From an uncultured Acidobacteriota bacterium (lineage in GTDB: Bacteria > Acidobacteriota > Vicinamibacteria > Vicinamibacterales > Fen-181), in contig CAVSGZ010000013.1 in NCBI GenBank assembly GCA_963727765.1, forward strand, positions 88,491 to 152,490: a DNA stretch of 64,000 nucleotides, written 5' to 3'. The position numbers were made by a program, and so were the translations under genes. A model generated the notes under the pieces. The model did no database searches. It was not told where the DNA came from and worked only from the letters and a program-made list of their open reading frames with translations. Each line of letters opens with the position of its first letter. Within the stretch, counting starts at the first letter, position 1. Shown piece after piece: positions 40,327 through 47,372 of this stretch.

Positions 40327-41418
40327 ATGATCAGACTGAAGCAGCGACCGCTCAGGCAGAGGATAATCGCCATCGTCGCAGTTCTCGGCATCACGTTCAC
40401 CGGTATGCCCCCACTTCTTGGCGCGGAACGAAAAGGGCGGCTGGACGACCAGGGCGCGCTGACGCAGTTCCTTGAAGTTCTCAATCGACAGGGTGGCTTG
40501 TCAGGGAAGAACATCGCGGACGTGGTCGCGGGCCGGCCGAGAACTCCCGGGCGTGTTGTGACGATGGCCGACATTCAACGATTTCGTGAGAAGCTGCTTT
40601 CGGATCAGGCCAACGCAGATCCGACTGTAGTCCAGCGCGCGAGGCGGGCGCTCATGTGGCTCAGGCTCGCGACGGCGACCACGGCGGCCGACCGGCACGA
40701 TCTGATCCGACAGTTGCCCGTCACGATCACGGTTTCTGCACCGACGGACGGGCGAGCGGGATTTGTGGAGAACTTCGTCGTTCGCGGCAAGACGCGGTTT
40801 CGTCTGTTCATTCCGAATGCTGGCACGCACTCCACAGTCGAGAGGTCATCGGGGCCGTCCGTGCTCGACCAAGATCCGGTATGCTACGACGACTACCAGC
40901 AGGAGAGCCCCTGCGCCACTGAACAAGACCTCGAGGACGCGGCGATGGCGGCTGCCGAACTAGACGCCCAGATCGCTGAGGCTCAGGCGGAGATCGATGC
41001 GCTCGGCCCCGAGGAGGGCGAGCAGGATGGCACGACGCTGAACCACGGACCTTGTACGGCGCCCAGCTGCGCCGAGCAGGCCGGTAACGCGGCCATGGCC
41101 CTGCTTGCCGGGGCCGCAACCGTGGTAACTACAGAAGCATCCATCGTTGGGGCGGCAGTCGGGGGGGTCGTCGTTGCTTCCGGAGCCACGGTCGCTGGCT
41201 GGATGCTGAGCGTCTTTGCGGCCGGATTCGCGGTCGGTTACACTGCAGGGGCGTACATAGCCTGCCGTCAGCTGCTGTCGGGCTTCTTCGATCAGCCGTT
41301 CGATCTTCCCCTCGTGTACCAGTTCACGTCCTGGCCATTCTCGACAGCGTGGCGTGGAATCCACGTCACGCCGGCGCCTGGCGACTCGTCTGGATACGGG
41401 TCGCCGGGCGCACTCTGA
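40327..41418 (+). CDS. Hypothetical secreted protein with a Gly/Ala-rich hydrophobic C-terminal region (copy A)
   Basis: SD AAGGAGG precedes the ATG at 40327. Signal peptide 'MIRLKQRPLRQRIIAIVAVLGITFTG', motif 'CYDDYQQESPCATEQDLED', and the glycine-zipper-like 'GAAVGGVVVASGATVAGWMLSVFAAGFAVGYTAGAY'. It is a paralogue of 43846..44967. Confidence 0.65.
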   Translation: MIRLKQRPLRQRIIAIVAVLGITFTGMPPLLGAERKGRLDDQGALTQFLEVLNRQGGLSGKNIADVVAGRPRTPGRVVTMADIQRFREKLLSDQANADPTVVQRARRALMWLRLATATTAADRHDLIRQLPVTITVSAPTDGRAGFVENFVVRGKTRFRLFIPNAGTHSTVERSSGPSVLDQDPVCYDDYQQESPCATEQDLEDAAMAAAELDAQIAEAQAEIDALGPEEGEQDGTTLNHGPCTAPSCAEQAGNAAMALLAGAATVVTTEASIVGAAVGGVVVASGATVAGWMLSVFAAGFAVGYTAGAYIACRQLLSGFFDQPFDLPLVYQFTSWPFSTAWRGIHVTPAPGDSSGYGSPGAL

Positions 41419-41471
41419 TCGGTGTTTGGAAGTGTCGCTGGCCTCGCATGTCATTGCAGAAGAGGAGCCAT

Positions 41472-41903
41472 ATGTCATTCTCCATTGTCTTGGCGATCGT
41501 TGGCATGTTGGCGGTGCCGACCGGCTACATCGCGTCGCGTTCTGTTCACAGAAGAACGCAACGGCGGTCCGTGCTGATTCCGGGGATGCTCGTGTTGTTG
41601 ACGCTGTGGTTGGCGATCCCCGCTGATGCCGTCGCCTGGCGTCATGTGTTACTGGCCATGGTAGTTGCCCTCGCAGTGTTCAACATTGTGGCGGACCGGC
41701 ATGTGATTAGTTGGCGTCGGCCGGAGCAGGTGCTCTTCGTGGCGGCGGCAGTCGCCTTGGCCGCTTCGTACTACCTGACCGGCGTCTCGTCTGCGATACG
41801 GTTGGCGTTGAGTTGCGCGTCCCTGGTTCTGGCGCTATCGGCTGTTGCCCTCACCATCGCGACGATATATCGAGCAGCCAGGTCGCGACGAGCTTCCGCG
41901 TAG
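41472..41903 (+). CDS. Small polytopic membrane protein (about 5 TM), copy A
   Basis: SD GAGGAG precedes the ATG at 41472. The N-terminus 'MSFSIVL' parallels 'MSFWSIL' in copy B. There are five hydrophobic segments. An alternative ATG lies at 41448. Confidence 0.6.
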   Translation: MSFSIVLAIVGMLAVPTGYIASRSVHRRTQRRSVLIPGMLVLLTLWLAIPADAVAWRHVLLAMVVALAVFNIVADRHVISWRRPEQVLFVAAAVALAASYYLTGVSSAIRLALSCASLVLALSAVALTIATIYRAARSRRASA

Positions 41904-42299
41904 CGGTTGACGATGAATCGTGGGGACGAAAGTCGACAGAGGTCGCAGGCCATGTCGTGTGTCTATCGGAGGATCTGCGGACAGTCGGCGATCTCCGGTG
42001 GTGCCCGCGAGTCGCCTGGGCGGTCCCCTTGGTCGGTGAGGGGTCCGTCCGGCGACGGTCATCGTACGCCAGCACGCCGTGCCCTATTGCCAGTCGAGTC
42101 GACGTCACCTCCCGTTTGTCGGCCCGCCAACGGCTTCAGCGCCGACTGGCGGTCCAGGGGCACGTGACCGGCCAGCTTGTCCTCGCCCCCGTTCTACGCG
42201 GCAACCCTGCGAGGCAGTTCGGGGCAATCGGCGGCGCGATGAAGCGCGAGCCGAGTGCGATGAAGCGCAGTAGAGCGCGATAGAGCGCTATCTTTCCGT

Positions 42300-42356
42300 C
42301 GACTTAGAATCCTGGGTCCCTCACGGGACATGTGGGTTCGACCCCCACCCCCGGCA
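42300..42356 (+). pseudogene. 3' fragment of a type II tRNA (tRNA-Leu, anticodon TAG-like); no 5' half
   Basis: Anticodon loop CTTAGAA (42303-42309), long variable arm GTCCC-TCAC-GGGAC (42316-42329), T-arm GTGGG-TTCGACC-CCCAC (42332-42348), acceptor 3' strand CCCCGGC and discriminator A. The upstream sequence cannot form the anticodon, D or acceptor stems. Confidence 0.65.
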
Positions 42357-42932
42357 CTTCAGGCTCAGGGCCCGAGGCCCGCTCCTCGACATCGCTCGGG
42401 GTGCCATGAGCGAGCGCTCGAGTTCACCGCACGCGGGTCGAAGGGCAGGGGTTCGGACCCGTCCGCCCAGCCACTCGCGGAGTTGGACCCGTACGCGAAA
42501 GAGCCGGGCCCGGACTCCGTCCTCGGTCAGTTCACTCAGCGCGGCAATCTCCGCGTAGGTGAGCCCCACCACCTCGCGCAGCAGGAAGACCTCGCGGTCC
42601 GTGGCGTGGAGGCGGTCCAACGCCTCGTGCAGGCTGAACGCCAGCACCTGGGTGGCGTCGCGGCCGACGGGGCCCACCGACACCTCCACGACGCGCCGCC
42701 CCGAGGCCTGGCGTTGTCGGTCGATGAGCAGACGACGGGCGATGCGAAACAGCCAGACCGTCTCCTGGCCGGCCCCTTGGCGCCGGTACTGGCCGGCACG
42801 CCGACTCGCCCGGTAGAACACCTCCTGGACGAGGTCCTCGGCATCTTCGGGACGCCGGGTGTGCCGCAGGCAGTACCAGAACAGGGTGCGGTGATAGCGG
42901 TCGAATAGATCGGCCAGGAAGTGCTCAGTCAC
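42321..42932 (-). CDS. ECF sigma-70 factor, copy B (intact frame; altered C-terminal extension; no adjacent anti-sigma gene)
   Basis: 203-aa ORF identical to copy A through '...VQLREWLGGRVR'. It then reads through unique sequence and the tRNA fragment before stopping at 42321. Confidence 0.75.
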   Translation of the reverse strand: MTEHFLADLFDRYHRTLFWYCLRHTRRPEDAEDLVQEVFYRASRRAGQYRRQGAGQETVWLFRIARRLLIDRQRQASGRRVVEVSVGPVGRDATQVLAFSLHEALDRLHATDREVFLLREVVGLTYAEIAALSELTEDGVRARLFRVRVQLREWLGGRVRTPALRPACGELERSLMAPRAMSRSGPRALSLKCRGWGSNPHVP

Positions 42933-42945
42933 AGCGTCTACCCAT

Positions 42946-42974
42946 AAGAACGAACCAGAGCGCGGAAAGTGTCA
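42946..42974 (+). promoter_or_regulatory. AAGAACG-N12-GAAAGTGTCA motif, copy B (plus strand)
   Basis: Identical to 39184-39212. Confidence 0.45.
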
Positions 42975-43036
42975 AACCCCCGGGAGGGTGGACTGCCAGG
43001 GTCCGATTTCGCGTCTGGCCTCGTCTCCGTCAGAGG

Positions 43037-43065
43037 TGACACTTTCGGCCTCCGCCAACGTTCTT
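43037..43065 (-). promoter_or_regulatory. AAGAACG-N12-GAAAGTGTCA motif, copy B (minus strand)
   Basis: Identical to 39275-39303. Confidence 0.45.
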
Positions 43066-43157
43066 GCAGTGTACACGGCTCTGCTAGGCGATGCCCGACC
43101 TCACGCAACGGCTCGATTGGAGGATGGCATGGGACGAAACCGACCACCGTCGTCAGC

Positions 43158-43592
43158 GTGGCCTTCCGCCTGCAACATGCCCCCCGAGCGTTTGCCGACT
43201 ATGCCGGGCCGGCCACGGTGCTCTACTCGCGCTCGCGGCTGACGGTGGCCGTCAACGACTACGTGGGGTGGACCTTCGTGGTGGCGCCCGACGACAGCCT
43301 CCTCGGCGTGGATGACCTGGGGTACGCGCAGGCGGATGTCACCGGGTTGAGCGTCTTCTGGGGCTCGTTGGTGCACGACACGGCCGACGTCGTTTTCGAG
43401 CGCCTCGTGCGGGGCTCTTGCGCCGCGGGCGACGGAGACGGGTGCGCCGACTGTGAGTCCGGCGGGCTGGGCGAGTCCCAATGTACGGCGAGTTGCGCAG
43501 GGGGGGACTGCCAGGCCAAGTGCGCATCAGGGTTCCATGCGTGCTGCAAGTGCCCCCTGAGTTGTGCGTGTTGCGCGGACATCGGGGGGTAG
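43158..43592 (+). CDS. Cys-rich-tail protein, copy B (start uncertain because of the 17-nt insertion)
   Basis: Same protein as copy A from 'AFRLQH' onward. The SD-proximal ATG (43128) is now out of frame and opens a 37-codon ORF. The in-frame GTG at 43158 is the nearest candidate start. Confidence 0.55.
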   Translation: MAFRLQHAPRAFADYAGPATVLYSRSRLTVAVNDYVGWTFVVAPDDSLLGVDDLGYAQADVTGLSVFWGSLVHDTADVVFERLVRGSCAAGDGDGCADCESGGLGESQCTASCAGGDCQAKCASGFHACCKCPLSCACCADIGG

Positions 43593-43845
43593 CGTCGCCA
43601 TCGTCGGCGTCGTCCTACCGTCGGGCTTGGGTTAGGCCGTTCGTCACCCGCGGCGACCAGCCAACGTGAAGGAGTCACGATGTCGTGCAGGCCTCCGTGA
43701 GATCCGCGGTATGGAGCCTCTCGACGCTGCTCTATTTGCGCCACCGGGGACGAAGAAGCCAGCAAAGAAGTCGGCGGTGAAGAGCCTGATCGTTGCTGTC
43801 ACGTTATTCACGCGGGCAAGTGAGCATTTCGCCAGGGAGATTACT

Positions 43846-44967
43846 GTGCTACGCAAATTGCCGTGCCGGAATTTGTTGGCAGGTTTGATGACCGCCTCAG
43901 TGTTAGCTGCTTTGATGACCGCGTCAGTCTTCGCCAGGGGAACACCGCGCGCTGCACCAACCCAGACCTCGATTCAGGGCGGCGGTGGCGAGATTCTCGA
44001 GGTGTTCTCAAATGACGGCCGCTCCGTCCGGCGCCTTGAAGCCGCGCAGCTCTCGGCTGTTGTGAGCAAGGCCGCGACAAGAAAAGACGAGACAGGGAGC
44101 CGAGGTTCTCTGCTTGCCTCTCCGGAATTCGTCGCCAGCACGCGAGCTCGTATAAGACAAGTGCTGGCTATGCCGCTGAAGAACAGGAAAGCCGACTTCG
44201 CCTTGACGCTCGCCGTCCTTGATGCAATGTCGGCAGCCTCGGAGGCAGAAGCCCATCAGCTGCTCGCGAGGCTTCCGATTCGAGTCGAGCGCAAGGTCGG
44301 ACCAGCGACGGTAACGACGAGCGTGTACGTCCGGGGCAACATCAAGTTCCAGGCGATGACCCCACTGTCGGCGACAGACAGTGAGGGGACAGTGACGTCC
44401 GTGTCGCCCAATGATGCGAACTCGCCGGGCGCGACTGACGAGGTCAACGTGTACGCTCCGGTCGCGCCTTCCATTTCCCCCCAATCCGACTGCGAGATCA
44501 ACCCGGACGATCCCTGCGCAACGCAGCAGGACATAGATGATGTGTTGGCCGCAGAGGCTGCAATGCAGGTGGACTTAGACTCGGCGGCGGATGACTTCGC
44601 CGCGGATGAAGTCGCCTGCTATGCAGATGGTTGTTGCCAATACCTTCCAACGACGTCGGGCCCAGCCATAAGGACCCAAAGTTGTGGATGGAAGTATCTT
44701 GAAGCCGCAGGTGGTCTCGCGGTGGCAGCGGGTGCCATCACGGGCGCGGTTGCGGTTACAATCTCACCGGACCCGATTTCCAAACTGGCGCTCTTCAGCG
44801 CGTACGCGACCGCCGCAGGTGCAGTTGCCCTGGCCGTAGCGGGAGTTTACGACGCGTGGGCGGGTCATTATAACATTCTCGACGCGCCCGTAAGTTGGAC
44901 GGGTCTTCGCATTGACCGCCCAGAGTTCGTGCTGAAGCCCGTGTTCGTTGGGCCGATCGGGAGGTGA
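43846..44967 (+). CDS. Hypothetical secreted protein with a Gly/Ala-rich hydrophobic C-terminal region (copy B, diverged paralogue)
   Basis: SD AGGGAG precedes the GTG at 43846. Signal peptide 'LRKLPCRNLLAGLMTASVLAALMTASVFA'. Shared motifs with copy A include 'LARLPIRV', 'YVRGNIKF' and 'CEINPDDPCATQQDIDD', plus the hydrophobic 'AAGGLAVAAGAITGAVAV...ATAAGAVALAVAGVY'. Confidence 0.6.
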   Translation: MLRKLPCRNLLAGLMTASVLAALMTASVFARGTPRAAPTQTSIQGGGGEILEVFSNDGRSVRRLEAAQLSAVVSKAATRKDETGSRGSLLASPEFVASTRARIRQVLAMPLKNRKADFALTLAVLDAMSAASEAEAHQLLARLPIRVERKVGPATVTTSVYVRGNIKFQAMTPLSATDSEGTVTSVSPNDANSPGATDEVNVYAPVAPSISPQSDCEINPDDPCATQQDIDDVLAAEAAMQVDLDSAADDFAADEVACYADGCCQYLPTTSGPAIRTQSCGWKYLEAAGGLAVAAGAITGAVAVTISPDPISKLALFSAYATAAGAVALAVAGVYDAWAGHYNILDAPVSWTGLRIDRPEFVLKPVFVGPIGR

Positions 44968-44982
44968 AGATTGGTGAACAAC

Positions 44983-45249
44983 ATGTCGTTCTGGTCTATT
45001 CTGCCATGGGCAGTCCTCACGCTCGGTTTCTTGGTGACCATCCTGGCTTATGCGCGCTTCGAGGAGATCGGCAGGATGGTCGGAGCCGGCGCCGGCCTCA
45101 TCGTCTGCAGCGTGGTGTTTCTGGCCGGAATCAATGGTACGGCGCTGGGCGCCCTGCTGTTCACGGGAGGTGCCGTTCTTGTGGGCCTGTCCGGATACGT
45201 CTTCGGGCGTGAGCGCAGAAGACGGGGCAAGGACGGACCTCTGGCGTAA
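44983..45249 (+). CDS. Small polytopic membrane protein (about 3 TM), copy B
   Basis: The ATG at 44983 gives 'MSFWSIL', parallel to copy A. Alternative TTG (44971) and GTG (44974) starts lie closer to the GGAGG SD. There are three hydrophobic segments and a basic tail. Confidence 0.6.
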   Translation: MSFWSILPWAVLTLGFLVTILAYARFEEIGRMVGAGAGLIVCSVVFLAGINGTALGALLFTGGAVLVGLSGYVFGRERRRRGKDGPLA

Positions 45250-45290
45250 CCGTTTGAAGTACGGGGTGCGAGGCGCACCAGGTCGGGTAG

Positions 45291-45330
45291 GGGCTGGTAG
45301 GACAACCGAGGACTCCTTACCAGCCCTTTC
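45291..45330 (+). terminator. Hairpin with a short T-tract after cassette B
   Basis: GGGCTGGTA (45291-45299) pairs with TACCAGCCC (45318-45326) across an 18-nt loop, followed by TTTC. Confidence 0.35.
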
Positions 45331-45388
45331 AATCTCTGGAGCAATCGGCGACACGATGAAGCGCGTTGGGGCGCCTTGAGCCTTCTGT

Positions 45389-46213
45389 CTACGTCCCGGT
45401 CGCTGCCCCTCTGCTCCTGATCACGGCGGCAATGCGGCCCGTCCCTGGCCCGTCGCGTCGGTACGACGCAAACCATTCGGGGTGGCTGGCGGTGCACAGG
45501 CCGGACTGGTGAATCCTCTCCGGGGGGACGCCGCTCGCCATCAACTGGTCCCGGTTCGCTCTCCACAGGTCGAGACGAATCCGACCAGCGACATCGCGCG
45601 CGAACCAGGCCTCGATCTTGCGCGCGAACCCGGCAGCCCGAAACGCCTCGATCACTTCTTCGCCCACGACGTAGCAGCAGGGACCGATGCTCGGCCCCTG
45701 CGCCACGACCAGGTCTTCGGGGTCCGCGCCGAACTCGCCGGCGAGCGCCGCGACCGCGGCCGGAGCCGCACCCGCCGCCGTGCCCCGCCAGCCTGCATGG
45801 ACGGCCGCGACCGCCCCGCTCCGCCGGTCGGCGACGAGCAGCGGTACGCAGTCGGCCGCCTGCACCACCAGCGCCACCGTGGTGTCGTCGGTCACCAGGA
45901 TGTCGGCCTGCGGCCACGATGACTCAGACTCACCCACGCCGGGGAGGACGCCGGAGTTTTCCCCGTAGACCGCGCGCGGGCCGGCTCGATGCACCACCAC
46001 GCCGCGCCCGTGCACCTGGTTCAGCCTCAGCAGCCGGTTCGTGGAGACACCGATCGCGGTAGCGACGCTGGCCCAATCCGCGCGCTCGCTCTCGCCGCGC
46101 AACCAGAGTTGACGGGTTGTGAAGAAGTGGTCGGCCACCTCGGCAAGCGGCGCCGACTGCAGGGCGGTTCCACAGCCCTGCCTTGTCCAGGCGAATCCAT
46201 CGAGCAGCGTCAT
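45389..46213 (-). CDS. pgeF: PgeF/YfiH-family (DUF152) purine nucleoside phosphorylase / polyphenol-oxidase-like protein
   Basis: Contains 'NQVHG', 'ADCVPLL', 'HAGWRGT', 'IGPCCY' and 'CTASHPEWFASYRRDG'. The ATG at 46213 overlaps the acpS stop (ATGA). Confidence 0.85.
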   Translation of the reverse strand: MTLLDGFAWTRQGCGTALQSAPLAEVADHFFTTRQLWLRGESERADWASVATAIGVSTNRLLRLNQVHGRGVVVHRAGPRAVYGENSGVLPGVGESESSWPQADILVTDDTTVALVVQAADCVPLLVADRRSGAVAAVHAGWRGTAAGAAPAAVAALAGEFGADPEDLVVAQGPSIGPCCYVVGEEVIEAFRAAGFARKIEAWFARDVAGRIRLDLWRANRDQLMASGVPPERIHQSGLCTASHPEWFASYRRDGPGTGRIAAVIRSRGAATGT

Positions 46214-46620
46214 TTGTCGGGCGTATCGGGTGATGCCGGGCGTTCGCCCAACAGGATGACGTGAGCCATCGCCAGCGAATCGGTGTGGGTGATGGTGATG
46301 GCCGAGGTCTTTCCGCCGATGGCCGCGAAGCGCTCGGCCGCCACGCCGTGCAACCGGAGTTGCGGCGGCCCGCCGCGCCGAACCACCTCGATGTCCTTCC
46401 ACACGACGCCCCTGGAGAAGCCCGTGCCCAGAGCCTTCATCGCCGCTTCCTTCACCGCGAACCGTGCGGCGAAGTGCTGGGCCGCGTGCCGGTGGGCTTG
46501 GCAGTACGCGATCTCGCCCGGCGTGAAGATCCTGGCGAGGAAGCGGTCGCCGTGGCGCGCGATCACGTCCGCGACGCGGGGGATCTCCGTCGCGTCGAGC
46601 CCGATGCCGATGATGTCCAT
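46210..46620 (-). CDS. acpS: Holo-[acyl-carrier-protein] synthase
   Basis: 'MDIIGIGLDATEIPRV...FTPGEIAYC...FAVKEAAMKALGTG...ITITHTDSLAMAHVIL'. Confidence 0.9.
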   Translation of the reverse strand: MDIIGIGLDATEIPRVADVIARHGDRFLARIFTPGEIAYCQAHRHAAQHFAARFAVKEAAMKALGTGFSRGVVWKDIEVVRRGGPPQLRLHGVAAERFAAIGGKTSAITITHTDSLAMAHVILLGERPASPDTPDK

Positions 46621-46964
46621 GGGCCGATCGGTACACGGTTCCCCGCCGTTTTCGTCAGCCCCACTCGAAATCGCGCCGGGTCGTGCCGCCGCCTTCTCGC
46701 GGCGTGCGTCGACCCGCCCTCCTCGCGCAACCGAAGTTGGCGTCTGGCCCGCCGCCGCACGAGGACCGGGCGGCGTGGATCTGCGCGTGGCGACAAAGGT
46801 GTGGCGAACCAGTCGCTTAGCGCGCCGGTCCCGGTCGCGCCGGACGGGTATGCCGCTTGCTCTGTTCTCCGGCAGGCCGCCTCGGGCCAGCGGCACCGGC
46901 GAGACCGTGCGACCCCGGTCCCGCGTTCGGGCTGAAGGCAGGGCCGTCAACAGGGAGGCTGCAG

Positions 46965-47267
46965 ATGCTCGTCAAGATCAGCCGCAACGACAGGGGCAAT
47001 CCGCCAGGAAAGCTGGCCGACGCCGAACTGCACTTCAGCGAGGGCGCGCTCGACGGGCTCAAGCTCATCGGGTTCGCCGTCTGGGAGCGGCGCAACGGCA
47101 ATGGCCGCAACGTCACTTTCCCGGCCCGCCAGTACTCGGTGAACGGCGAGCGGCGGAGCTTTTCGCTCCTCAGGCCGCTGGTCGACGCCGGTGCGCAGGA
47201 CCGGCTGCGCGACCTGATCCTCCACGCCTACGACGAACACGAGGAGCAAGCGGCGATCGCGGAGTGA
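46965..47267 (+). CDS. Small hypothetical protein, weakly SpoVG-like
   Basis: SD AGGGAGG precedes the ATG at 46965. 100 aa. 'LADAELHFSEGALDGLKLIGFAVWERRNGNGRNVTFPARQY' has the layout of SpoVG-type proteins, but the similarity is only by eye. Confidence 0.45.
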   Translation: MLVKISRNDRGNPPGKLADAELHFSEGALDGLKLIGFAVWERRNGNGRNVTFPARQYSVNGERRSFSLLRPLVDAGAQDRLRDLILHAYDEHEEQAAIAE

Positions 47268-47372
47268 GCCCGCCGTCGCCCTTCGGGCTATGGCGGGCAA
47301 GGGGTGATCTGCTCTCGCGAGGCCCGGTTCAGGCCGGCGCTGCGCCGCATCAGTTCCTCGCGGAGGCCGCGG

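Larger units (their letters stand above)
42454..43597. repeat. Direct repeat copy B (1144 nt)
   Basis: See copy A. It carries an extra 17 nt (GACGAAACCGACCACCG) just after the SD-proximal ATG. Confidence 0.9.

Noticed and set aside
41904-42299. Integrase or recombinase remnant between cassette A and the tRNA fragment
   Set aside because: All six frames were scanned for tyrosine or serine recombinase motifs (R..H..R..Y, LGH). Only a vague 'LAIGHGVLAYDD' string was found on the minus strand, which is not convincing.
42290-42360. Intact tRNA-Leu gene
   Set aside because: Only the anticodon loop, variable arm, T-arm and 3' acceptor strand can be folded. The preceding sequence cannot form the anticodon-stem 5' strand, the D-arm or the acceptor 5' strand. 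It is therefore called a fragment.
42969-43157. Upstream extension of the copy-B Cys-rich ORF (207-aa version starting at 42969), and the 195-aa version in copy A starting at 39226
   Set aside because: The extensions run through the putative promoter motifs, differ in frame between the two copies and lack SD sequences. The SD-preceded ATG at 39367 in copy A defines the likely true N-terminus.
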